DNA from: Nanobdellota archaeon | GTDB taxonomy: Archaea > Nanobdellota > Nanobdellia > Pacearchaeales > GW2011-AR1 | DNA: 43,687 nucleotides | Assembly (NCBI GenBank): GCA_038045985.1 | Contig: JBBSXA010000017.1 | Span: 18,799-62,485, forward strand | Reading direction: 5' to 3' | Part shown: in pieces, positions 29,501 through 37,084 of the stretch | How the letters are laid out: each line of letters begins with the position of its first letter | Position numbering within the stretch: position 1 is the stretch's first letter | Position numbers and translations under genes: made by a program | Notes under the pieces: generated by a model | Database searches by the model: none | The model's input: only the letters and a program-made list of their open reading frames with translations | What the model was told of the DNA's origin: nothing

Positions 29501-31208
29501 TTTTGTCCAGGGAATGAATATATCTTACAATGATATAAGCATGGAAGGAGTTGTCGCAAATCCGTATGCAATCGTTATTAGTGGCTATGAGGCAAACCAG
29601 TATTACACACCAGTTATACACAATAATAATATTCATCAAATTAATGCCAGAGGATTAGACTTGGATGGAATTGATGATTTGATAGGAATGAAAGGAGGAT
29701 TAGTTTATAATAATATTTTTGACGCAAAGCAAGGGTGCTTAATAGATAATAATGGGGGTAGTTTTCAGGGGTATAGCTGTGGCGTTCATTCGTTAAGGAT
29801 TAGAACTTCTGATGGTTACTACAGAACCGCTTTCTTCAATAATCTAGGCAATGTAACGATAGGTAACTCGTCTGACCCTGGAACTCTATTAAATCCGGGA
29901 ATTAGAAATTATACTACAGGATTAAGATTCCAAAATGTTCAAATTCCTCAAGGAGCAGATATAACCTCTGCTTTTCTTAGGGTAGTTTCAGGTTCTGACA
30001 ACTCTTTAACAACTGTCAATGTTCGATTTAGAACACAAATCGATAATAATCCTGGAAATTTTACATCTTATGAGAATTTTGTTGGTAGAAATCGATCCTC
30101 CTCAAGCGTGCAATGGAGCAATGTTCCTGCCTTTATCAATGGGTTAACGTACACCTCACCTAATATTTCTCTAGTTATTCAAGAAGCAATAAACAGTGCA
30201 AACTGGGTACAAGGAGATCCCTTAGTCATATTCATAGATGATGATGGAAGCTCTTCTGGAGCTATAAGAAATTTGAGAACATATGAATCAGGAAGCCCTG
30301 CAATACTTACAGTTAACTACACTACAGGGGGTCCTGAAGCAAGCATTTCTGTCCCGATAGTTCAAGGAGGAGATGATGCATACATTTTCGGAAGGCGTTT
30401 TCAAAATCCTTACGGTGAAAACGGAAACAATGTTTTCATAAACAATACAATAATAATGAGACAAGGAGAATTGCTTCCTGACGGAACTTTAAGCGGAGAT
30501 GGGTATGCCGTTCGTATAAGTCTTAGAGATTATAATCAAAGCTTAAACATGACATTTATTAATAATACCTTTATAGCATATACAAATTCAACATTTGATG
30601 GGTGCATTCCAGCGTGCACTGATGCTACAGAAGCCACTCCTTTGTTTATTGATGATATTCTTCCAAACAATAATCTGCTATTCAAAGGAAATACTTTCAT
30701 AAGCAATTATCTTCCTTTATGGAGCGCTGGAAACGACATTGTCTTTGAGAATAACAAGATTTTGAGACAGGGAGTTGTAAATCCAAATTACAAGCCTATA
30801 GCCATAGGCTATTATACTTGGGGTGTTGCAAATAATTCATTCTTTAATCAGACTTTTGAAAATAGCGTTGGATTTAGCGGATTAGTTTATAGAAGCACAG
30901 GATTTGCTTTAAGAGATATAACTATAAAATGGCCTTTGGACGTTTCTGTCACCAGCGGAGGAAATCCTGCAGTTGGTGCAAATGTTGAGGTCAGAAATAT
31001 TTCTAATAGTTTAATTGGCAATGGAGTCACTGATTCAAATGGAATATTCAAAATAAATGTTACTGAATTTTTTGAAGAATGCGATGGAATTAATTGCATT
31101 AAGGCAAGAACAAACCACACACCCCACAACATTACAGTTACATTTGGCTCAACCCAATCGAGAATCGTCACAATGAACCAATCTCGAACTGAGAATTTTG
31201 CGTTTTAG
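23592..31208 (+). CDS. Giant modular pilin-fused surface adhesin (2538 aa)
   Basis: RKKGLSEVVTALIVIL class III signal and pilin-like domain; Ser/Gly linker; Cys-rich and DCND...PGA.EIC.GVD.(D/N)C repeats; two parallel beta-helix modules (I/Y-x-N-N ladders); FN3-like DTIPPII...ATISWTTNENADSKVEYG. Confidence 0.88.
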   Translation: MKRGRKKGLSEVVTALIVILIVLVALTIIWVVVKSILSTGTDDINVNRLTIDVGIDSANIDNSTNSICVKVKRDPGLGNLKALKFIFYNLTDSEEFIQDATLSELEERLFCFTLVNLDVDNLTRIAIAPIIETASGSEVFGDIIDTYNIRGGSSGRGSSSSSGSSSSGGCTPTLTCSSWNAACGTPSDGCNPLPSCGTCGGGQFCNATYQCELAPCNLTNAYWLQTNVVVGTFVGLNVSGTNCNGLTVNFTVWEDDINSADDLINVSGPANAVFSGTNAIGFWQAEYQFDEGAEASVDPEYYFNVTLVGNSSEWILSSPPVLSVTEFATCIDSDGDTYNTSSGGACGTQSDCNDSNINIYPGAAEICNGVDDDCNAGTIETCPTLNYYCDGDTDTYRSLSISGSCSTYNCVPGSCSQTVGNDCNDTNINVNPGATEICDGVDNNCVGGIDEGGVCGGNPTYLNCAAVPANVLGGKTCVEVTSCGTLNITDSYYLMMNDVSSANSCFFVNNRNITLDLNNYTVTYASAGSMVNCGTLRLSRDGLPDNSPDNICHFGIYQSNPDLFLGLTMVPDSPPGLSNSVQYFTLKNGRIEQFDGSADYSAAIMWKNGNLTVVDVTATAKGKNSDTLNCMILGYCSGAQIYNNEFYSVGPLIQQSDRNANFGTLRLNGDYSNVYNNKLWYSRQTGINLGASYSKIYNNDIAQNQSAENAFSISCWDCSDNEIYNNYIHPFNGRGIIIDNAARRNKIYNNTIIVKESNRTQIEGYPLSQAYALRIRTWAANNNFDNEVHNNNLTAYAGFPGMENDGTGLILTFVDGAQPNGYNPNYIYNNTITAISFNTNYIASAVGIEGPDNDTPPIGIFFSGNTLAGNSHLISVGTIAGNDRAGHDYEFINTLFRKEGMDLPSFSAVDLHAGTDANYQANNITVLNASFSGGASINDITFDSVRCTLFPPCYYFLKWFLNVNVFDGANPAQNAQVTIRDSFNNIVYSGFTYLNGSVPIQNLTEFKNQFSVGKTYYTSHNVTVTYNSTTQSRLVNMNQSRTEDFVFSGGGAPGTLTSIHNSPVNNFNITNGSSFLYNVTLFCNGGICGDVVATLDPYWNGMFGFNYMSTGTGLTVLDTSDEMIAIPFKFITNGTPTSSVTNVYTLLGGAGTPPAYNLGLVADNAGTPGTTWLGASNNGFCAITPSLTQSLQGCNLIENVTLTNNTVYWVLMNYSSGTIDGGNNARAISFSEQAGHSLEQAYLKNMEDRDIQFWFFTLGVWTLQTGNGAQFVLNYQRDDLAQYGNPYISSVTNSIYGIQLAAEVFQVDENITVSNVSLTTSEAGTPPCAGEFVLVNGVPDVNWNANALARCSVPSTWTGTAVRGCNFASAVNLTKGNNYTILLRDMNNTCDAVNRLTGTISQSVYGNSYAIDLTYDGSGSYFVNTTDNGTTWTTDYSKDWAFAFNYSLTPSQGAQPPTSKGVVSQGSGTPFYTTSSNPQSCLNMQSGNSCNLIWNVFANGTLQNYDFFVIFNATDPLVTDINSSTINISIVQPPCNLTNALWSTSSVVQGTQVTLTVNGTNCDGKALNFTIKEDDFSFGGEDTFDDDVTINPSNANFVGNTATTTWIAEHQGDGILGGDPEYYFISTLVSNASENIKSNPPLLSVSQDTIPPIITNVQAISITENSATISWTTNENADSKVEYGLTTSYGTNTTLDTNLVTSHSQLISGLTNDTLYHYRVLSNDSAGNLNSSGDYNFTTLSPGAAGQHLNCTDINLLYPSMTCVEVASCGLNLSAYNTYYILMNDISSANTCIIVNPSTIPNQNPPLSIFDLNQYTLTFGESLGVGQYGIDIQGGFNFRPNIEIKNGFIRQGAGNGTDCVTIDGSSSSPNQEYHHLNLFTYGWDCGNLRIAGKNITIRDNYLEQNVSYVTDRARKAINQIGVSQTDASGAFGFLVGKLLIYNNTLRGKGQMGISATRYSAAAWGNSTALGFVQGMNISYNDISMEGVVANPYAIVISGYEANQYYTPVIHNNNIHQINARGLDLDGIDDLIGMKGGLVYNNIFDAKQGCLIDNNGGSFQGYSCGVHSLRIRTSDGYYRTAFFNNLGNVTIGNSSDPGTLLNPGIRNYTTGLRFQNVQIPQGADITSAFLRVVSGSDNSLTTVNVRFRTQIDNNPGNFTSYENFVGRNRSSSSVQWSNVPAFINGLTYTSPNISLVIQEAINSANWVQGDPLVIFIDDDGSSSGAIRNLRTYESGSPAILTVNYTTGGPEASISVPIVQGGDDAYIFGRRFQNPYGENGNNVFINNTIIMRQGELLPDGTLSGDGYAVRISLRDYNQSLNMTFINNTFIAYTNSTFDGCIPACTDATEATPLFIDDILPNNNLLFKGNTFISNYLPLWSAGNDIVFENNKILRQGVVNPNYKPIAIGYYTWGVANNSFFNQTFENSVGFSGLVYRSTGFALRDITIKWPLDVSVTSGGNPAVGANVEVRNISNSLIGNGVTDSNGIFKINVTEFFEECDGINCIKARTNHTPHNITVTFGSTQSRIVTMNQSRTENFAF
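31161..31201 (+). repeat. 41-bp direct repeat, copy 1 (3' end of giant adhesin)
   Basis: AGAATCGTCACAATGAACCAATCTCGAACTGAGAATTTTGC, identical to 32582-32622. Confidence 0.95.
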
Positions 31209-31274
31209 TTTTTTGAACTTGATGCGTAAGCACTCCAGATATTGGAGGCGTTTGAGTATTGTTTTTGAGAATTA

Positions 31275-32486
31275 TTAATTCAACAGCCATTTCCAAACAG
31301 GCATTATCTTTATTTTTTTGCCATCGATTTTAAATTCATCTTCTTGATTAAAAGTTAAAATTAATCCTTCTTTTAAACCGAATTTTTCTAACACCTTTTT
31401 AATGCCGTTTATTTCTCTTTCTTTATTGTCGTCATTTAAATCATAACACACCTGAATTGCCTTGATAATTTTTATTCCTTCTTTAATAACAAAATCACAC
31501 TCTCCTCCATCCTGAAAATAAAATATTTCCTTATAATTTTTTCTTAAATTTATAAAAACTAGGTTTTCAAGCATTTTTCCATTGTCTTGGGAAAAAGAAG
31601 CAGAGTTAATATTTGTTAAACCATTATCAATTGAGTATATTTTTTTGGGACTAACAAGCTGCTTTTTCAATGAATAACTAAATTTAGGAACTGTAAACAT
31701 CAAGTAGCTATCCTCTAAATATGAAACAAATGCTATTGCGCTGTTTGTTGAGCCTAAATTAAATGTTTTTTTGAGACTGTTATAAGAAAATTCCTTCCCT
31801 ACATTGGTTAATAGATATAAAGCCATTTCTCTTAATGACTTTAGACTTCTAACTTTATGTCGAATTGCTATATCCCTTATAAGAATGTCATTAAATAACT
31901 CCTGCAATATAGCAGATTTTTTTAATTTCAAATACTCTGGAAACCCTCCACCAATAAAATATCTTTCAAAAGAATTTATACTTGATTTTTCATTAATTAA
32001 TAATAAAAATTCTGTGTAAGAAAATGGAAAGAGCTCATATCTTAGATGCCTTCCAGTAAGTCTTGTTCCTAGCTCTTTGCTTAATAAAGAGGCGTTTGAA
32101 CCAGTTATAATAACATGTTTTCTTCGGTCTAGAAGAGCTCTGACAAAAAGTTCCCATTTCTTAACATTTTGCATTTCATCAAAAAAATAGTAATTTTTCT
32201 CTCCATGTTCTTCCTTAAATATTTCATCAAGTTTTTGAAAGTCATCAACTTCAAAGTTAACTGCCCGCGGATCTTCAAAATTAAAATAATAAAAATCCTT
32301 GACTTTTTTCATAATTTGTTTTAATAGGGTGCTTTTTCCACATCTTCTTATTCCTGATAAAACTAATACAAATGGAATTTTAACATCTATTTTTTTCAAG
32401 GCTTCTCTTTCTATGCTAGATTCTGCCAAGTCTAAACTTTCCTTTTGTGTTCTAACTATATTCTTTAATGTTTCCTTAAGTATCAT
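31275..32486 (-). CDS. AAA+ ATPase (AAA_14 + DUF4143, COG1373-like)
   Basis: GIRRCGKST Walker A, FFDEMQ Walker B, ITGSNASLLS, LTGR, GGFPE, KKIYSIDNG, ECDFV...IQVC C-terminus. Confidence 0.92.
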   Translation of the reverse strand: MILKETLKNIVRTQKESLDLAESSIEREALKKIDVKIPFVLVLSGIRRCGKSTLLKQIMKKVKDFYYFNFEDPRAVNFEVDDFQKLDEIFKEEHGEKNYYFFDEMQNVKKWELFVRALLDRRKHVIITGSNASLLSKELGTRLTGRHLRYELFPFSYTEFLLLINEKSSINSFERYFIGGGFPEYLKLKKSAILQELFNDILIRDIAIRHKVRSLKSLREMALYLLTNVGKEFSYNSLKKTFNLGSTNSAIAFVSYLEDSYLMFTVPKFSYSLKKQLVSPKKIYSIDNGLTNINSASFSQDNGKMLENLVFINLRKNYKEIFYFQDGGECDFVIKEGIKIIKAIQVCYDLNDDNKEREINGIKKVLEKFGLKEGLILTFNQEDEFKIDGKKIKIMPVWKWLLN

Positions 32487-32515
32487 AAAATGTAAAAAGA
32501 AACTCTGTTTTTAAA

Positions 32516-32559
32516 TGTTTGCATTACTAATGAACACTTTTGTTCATTACAGATGAACA
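32516..32559. promoter_or_regulatory. Tandem palindromic operator-like sites upstream of the ATPase
   Basis: TGTTCAT-TACAG-ATGAACA (32541-32559) plus a degenerate copy 23 nt upstream; next to the minus-strand TTTAAA box at about 32510-32515. Confidence 0.6.
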
Positions 32560-32581
32560 AGTTTCTTTGGATTGACAGTCA

Positions 32582-32628
32582 AGAATCGTCACAATGAACC
32601 AATCTCGAACTGAGAATTTTGCCTTCTA
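32582..32628 (+). repeat. 41-bp direct repeat, copy 2: orphan adhesin 3' end with its own stop
   Basis: Encodes RIVTMNQSRTENFAF* but an in-frame TGA lies three codons upstream, so it is not part of a gene. Confidence 0.93.
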
Positions 32629-32682
32629 ACGATGATTTTTTAGTGAAATTAAGTTTATTAACCATAATTTGATGATTTTAAA

Positions 32683-35124
32683 ATGGGAAATAAAAAGGGG
32701 TCTTCGGAGATAATAGCGAGCTTCATCGTAATTTTGATAGTCTTAGTTTTTTTAACGATAGTTTGGGTGGTTGTTAAAGGGCTAGTTGATGATAAAAATC
32801 AAGATACAAATGCTGAAGGGATAAAATTAGATGCTAAGATTGAAAAAGTTGTTTTAGATAATTTTTCAAATAATGCAAGCATTAAAATTAAAGGAAACTA
32901 TGGATATGAAAATTTAACAGGATTGAAATTCATATTTTATGCTAAAACTCAAACAGAGGAATTTTCAGTGAATACCTATCTTGAAGAGCTTGAAGATAGA
33001 TTTTTTGTCTTTCATCTAAATTATTTAAATGTTTCAGATTTAACAGAAATATCTGTAGCCCCTATTCTAGAGACTGTGTCTAATGGTGAGATTCTTGGAA
33101 ATGTGACTGATACATATAATGTTGTAGCAAGTTCTGGTGGAGGAGGCGGAGGAGGAAGCTCTTCGTCTGGAAGCTCATCTTCTGGAGGATGTGTGCCAAA
33201 AACATGCCAAAATTTAATGGCAAGCTGCAGCAGCCCAAATAACGGATGTGGGGGAACTTTAAATTGTGGAAGCTGTGCATCTGGCAAGACTTGCAATAGT
33301 TTGTATCAATGTGTGCCACAAGCTCAGCATTTAACATGCGCTAATATAGTGCAAATGCATCCAGGAGCAAATTGTGTTCAAGTAATAGCTTGCGGGACTT
33401 TGAGCCAGTACAATACTTACTATCTTTTAATGAATGACATCTCTTCTGATAATGATTGCATTACAATTGATCCTTCTTTGCAAAGTGATGGAAGCCTTCC
33501 TCCAATTATATTTGATCTAAATCAATATATGGTTATGTTTGGAAATGTGAAGGGTCAGAATCAAAATGGAATTTACATAACGGGAAACTCTAATAGAAAA
33601 CCAAATATTGAGATAAAAAATGGATACATAAGACAAGGAGCTGGAAACGGAACAGATTGCGCTTCAATTAGAGGAGGTTATTGGTCTCCAAATAAAAATA
33701 TATCAAATATAAATGCATTTGCTTATGGGGTTGACTGTAAAAATATTGACATTAATGGAGGCAAGAATATAACAATAATAAATAATTATCTTGAGCAAAA
33801 TGTTTCTTACGTTACTGACAGGGCTGGAAAAGCAATAAGTCAAATTGGCGTTGGCGGACAGGGGAATATTGGAGAAGGAGATGCAACCCTTGGAGGATAT
33901 TTGAAGATAATTAATAACACTCTTAGAGGCAAAGGACAGATGGGAATTACTGCTGGAAGATCTACTGCTGCTGCATGGGGCAATTACACTGCGCTGGGAA
34001 TTATTCAAGGAATGGAAATTGCTTATAATGACATAAGCATGGAAGGTGTTGTTGCAAATCCTTATGCAATAGTTATTAATGGCTATGAATCAAATCAATA
34101 TTACACACCTTTAGTTCATGACAATTACATTCACCAAATAAATGCAAGAGGAATTGATATTGATGCTATTGATGATCTGCTTGGAATGAAGGGCGGAAAA
34201 CTTTACAATAATTATATTGACACAAAACAAGGATGCTTGATAGATAATCTGGGAGGAGACACATCAAGGTCTCCAAGCTGCGGGACTCATTCATTAAGAA
34301 TAAGAAGCTCTGATGGTTATTACAGATCTGGCGGGAGTTTGTCAAATCCTTACGGAGAAAATTCTAATAATTTAATTTATAACAACACAATAATTTCAAG
34401 AGGAGATGAGCTGCTGCCTAGTGGAGAATTGAGTGGTTATGGGTATGCTGTTCGTATAAGTGTAAGAGATTTCAATCAAAGCCTAAACATGACATTTGAA
34501 AATAACACAATAATTTCTTATACAAGTTCAACAGGAAGCAATGTCAAGTCAGTTTATATTGATGATGTTATTCCTGGCAATAAATTAATTTTCAAAAATA
34601 ATAAATTTATAAGCAATTATAATCCTCTTGAAGTTGCCGGCTCTGATATTTTATTTTTGGACAATCAAATTAATAAATCCGGCACTTTGAATTCTGGCTA
34701 CAGACCATTGACTATAGGCTATTGGACATTCCAGGCAACAGGAAATATTTTCTTAAACCAGTCTTTTGTTAACAGCCCTGGCTTTGACTCTGTTGTTTAT
34801 CAGGGGACTGATGGAGGAAATTTAAAGAATATAACGGTTAAATGGCATGCCAAAGTTTATGTTACTAGTGGAGGAAGCCCTGTGTCTGGGGCAAGTGTTG
34901 TTATAAAAGATGCATTTTCAAGTCAGGAATTTTTAGGCGTAACTGACTCAAGCGGTTTTGCAAGAACTAATCTAACCGAATTCAAAGAAGCCTGCAATTT
35001 TCAGGGATGCACACCCTCAAAAACAACCTACACTCCTCATAATGTTTCTGTGAATTATAATTCTGTGAATCAGTGGAGAATCATCACAATGAATCAGTCG
35101 AGAATTGAGAATTTTGCGTTCTAG
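32683..35124 (+). CDS. Pilin-fused beta-helix adhesin, paralogue of the 2538-aa protein
   Basis: NKKGSSEIIASFIVIL signal; same pilin domain and SSSSGSSSSGGC linker; beta-helix very similar to the last module of the giant protein; ends MNQSRIENFAF. Confidence 0.88.
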   Translation: MGNKKGSSEIIASFIVILIVLVFLTIVWVVVKGLVDDKNQDTNAEGIKLDAKIEKVVLDNFSNNASIKIKGNYGYENLTGLKFIFYAKTQTEEFSVNTYLEELEDRFFVFHLNYLNVSDLTEISVAPILETVSNGEILGNVTDTYNVVASSGGGGGGGSSSSGSSSSGGCVPKTCQNLMASCSSPNNGCGGTLNCGSCASGKTCNSLYQCVPQAQHLTCANIVQMHPGANCVQVIACGTLSQYNTYYLLMNDISSDNDCITIDPSLQSDGSLPPIIFDLNQYMVMFGNVKGQNQNGIYITGNSNRKPNIEIKNGYIRQGAGNGTDCASIRGGYWSPNKNISNINAFAYGVDCKNIDINGGKNITIINNYLEQNVSYVTDRAGKAISQIGVGGQGNIGEGDATLGGYLKIINNTLRGKGQMGITAGRSTAAAWGNYTALGIIQGMEIAYNDISMEGVVANPYAIVINGYESNQYYTPLVHDNYIHQINARGIDIDAIDDLLGMKGGKLYNNYIDTKQGCLIDNLGGDTSRSPSCGTHSLRIRSSDGYYRSGGSLSNPYGENSNNLIYNNTIISRGDELLPSGELSGYGYAVRISVRDFNQSLNMTFENNTIISYTSSTGSNVKSVYIDDVIPGNKLIFKNNKFISNYNPLEVAGSDILFLDNQINKSGTLNSGYRPLTIGYWTFQATGNIFLNQSFVNSPGFDSVVYQGTDGGNLKNITVKWHAKVYVTSGGSPVSGASVVIKDAFSSQEFLGVTDSSGFARTNLTEFKEACNFQGCTPSKTTYTPHNVSVNYNSVNQWRIITMNQSRIENFAF

Positions 35125-35153
35125 ATATTTAAGGGCAGAAAATTTATGAGTAG

Positions 35154-35191
35154 TGTTTACTAAAATAAACAGATGTTTACTAAAATAAACG
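35154..35191. repeat. Tandem palindromic repeat TGTTTA-CTAAAA-TAAAC(A/G), two copies
   Basis: Copies at 35154-35171 and 35174-35191, period 20. Confidence 0.85.
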
Positions 35192-35264
35192 ATCTTTGAT
35201 TACCTTTTGAAAACCGAAAGATGGTATAAGTTAATTTTATTAATAGTGTTTTCTTTTCATTTGT

Positions 35265-36527
35265 ATGATTAAGAATTTAGACAAAAAAATAAGAGCTTAT
35301 GCTTTAAAGAATGCAATCGCTTATAATGGGAAGGCTAATTCTGGAAGTGTTCTTTCCTCTTTATTCAATGAAGGCCTGAAAAAAGAAGAGGTTAATGGCA
35401 TAATGCCTAAGATTCAACAAGTAATTAAGGAAATAGAAAAACTTTCTTTAAGTGAGCAGGAAAAAGAATACGAAAAATTGCATGAAGTAATAAGCGAGAG
35501 ACATGGAAGAGAGGGGCTTCCTGAACTGCCTAATGCTAAAAAGGGAAAAGTTATTATGAGATTTAGGCCTGCGCCTTCAGGCCCGTTGCATGTTGGTCAT
35601 ATAATTTCCAATCTTGCGTCTTCACTTTATGTAAAAAAGTATGGAGGTAAGTTTTATGTAATTATTGACGATACTGATCCTGAAACTACTGTTTTAGAGT
35701 CTTACAAAAGAATAAAAGAAGATTGCGATTGGATTTTTGGAAATGTTCACAAATACCTTAATAGCTCTGACATGGTTGAGAATCATTATGAATATGCTGA
35801 GAAATTAATAAAGAAAGATTCAGCGTATGTCTGCATATGCTCACAGGAGAATTTTAAGAAGTTTTCTTTGGAAAAAAGAAATTGCCCTTGCAGAAATTTA
35901 TCTGTTAAAGAGAATCTTGAGAGATGGAAAAAAATGCTTGGTAAAAAAGGATACAGATTTTCACAAGTTCAGTCTGTATCGTCCAAGCTTGGTCAATACA
36001 AAGAAGGAGAAGCTGTTTTGAGATTTAAGACTCCGAACGAATTTGGGGGAATGAGCCATAAAAATCCCGCAATGAGGGATTTTCCCCTGGCTAGAATAAA
36101 TGTTAAAAGCCATCCTATCCAGAAAAATAAGTATAGAGTCTGGCCTCTTATGAATCTTGCCGTTGCTGTTGATGACATGGAATACAGGATGACTCACATA
36201 ATAAGGGGAAAAGACCACAAAGACAATGCAGAAAGGCAGAAAATGATGTTTAAAGTTTTTAATAAAGAGTATCCATGGACATTTTTTATTGGGAGGATTA
36301 AGTTCACTGATCTTGTGCTATCCAAAAGAAAAATAAGCTCTTTGATAAAAGCGGGAGAGTTTTCAGGGCATGATGATGAGAAGCTTCCTACAATTTCTTC
36401 TTTGAAGAAAAGAGGATATAAGCCAGAAACATTTGTAAAATTTATTGAACAAAGGGGTTTGACAGGAGTAGACAAGGTTATTTCCGGGAAGGATTTTTTT
36501 GAATCATTGGATGTTTTTAATAGATGA
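35265..36527 (+). CDS. gltX: Glutamate--tRNA ligase, archaeal type, lacking the C-terminal anticodon-binding region
   Basis: YALKNAI..NGKA N-terminus, MRFRPAPSGPLHVGH (HIGH), DDTDP, AYVC.C, NPAMRD, VWPLMN, THIIRGKDH, LSKRK (KMSKS-like). Confidence 0.9.
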   Translation: MIKNLDKKIRAYALKNAIAYNGKANSGSVLSSLFNEGLKKEEVNGIMPKIQQVIKEIEKLSLSEQEKEYEKLHEVISERHGREGLPELPNAKKGKVIMRFRPAPSGPLHVGHIISNLASSLYVKKYGGKFYVIIDDTDPETTVLESYKRIKEDCDWIFGNVHKYLNSSDMVENHYEYAEKLIKKDSAYVCICSQENFKKFSLEKRNCPCRNLSVKENLERWKKMLGKKGYRFSQVQSVSSKLGQYKEGEAVLRFKTPNEFGGMSHKNPAMRDFPLARINVKSHPIQKNKYRVWPLMNLAVAVDDMEYRMTHIIRGKDHKDNAERQKMMFKVFNKEYPWTFFIGRIKFTDLVLSKRKISSLIKAGEFSGHDDEKLPTISSLKKRGYKPETFVKFIEQRGLTGVDKVISGKDFFESLDVFNR

Positions 36528-36944
36528 TTATTTTTTTGAATGAATTATTTCGAACCTTTCTTGGTTGAAACACTCGCCAATTCCGTTGTTTTTAAGAATG
36601 TCTTTGGCAGTTAAATCTGTAAGCACGTCTTCTTCTAAATTTCTTAAAACACTACCTTTAAATTTTTCATCTTCCATAATTTTTTTATGAGCTTTTCTAT
36701 TAACAGGCATGCCATTCCATTCAAATCTAGAACATCCTAAAAGAGTTATATCATATATTGATTTTGTTGGGCTTTCAGAACAGTAGTGAATATCTCTTTT
36801 CTTTTCCAATGATTTGTAAGGATCTGGGTGGTCTTTCTTACAGTAGATGGTCTCCGCATGCGTCCCGAAAATTCCAAAATACTTACATCTAGCACATGCT
36901 TCAAAGTCCCATAGTTGGAGTTTTTCTTCTCTGTTATTCCCCAT
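36528..36944 (-). CDS. Hypothetical Cys-rich protein
   Basis: CARCKYF...C...C...C, possibly metal binding. Confidence 0.65.
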   Translation of the reverse strand: MGNNREEKLQLWDFEACARCKYFGIFGTHAETIYCKKDHPDPYKSLEKKRDIHYCSESPTKSIYDITLLGCSRFEWNGMPVNRKAHKKIMEDEKFKGSVLRNLEEDVLTDLTAKDILKNNGIGECFNQERFEIIHSKK

Positions 36945-37084
36945 TTCTATTCTAATTTTAAATGCTTTTTAAGTATTTATTTAATGTATGACAAGCAAAA
37001 GACAAAGCAAGAAACTAACAAAAACCTTTAAATATTCAAAAATCTTGCTTGAAGCATATTTAGACAATGAAAAGGAGGTGTTAA

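Noticed and set aside
31161-32628. Diversity-generating retroelement TR/VR pair
   Set aside because: The core is identical, flanking differences are synonymous and not adenine-specific, the repeat is short, and no reverse transcriptase is in the window.
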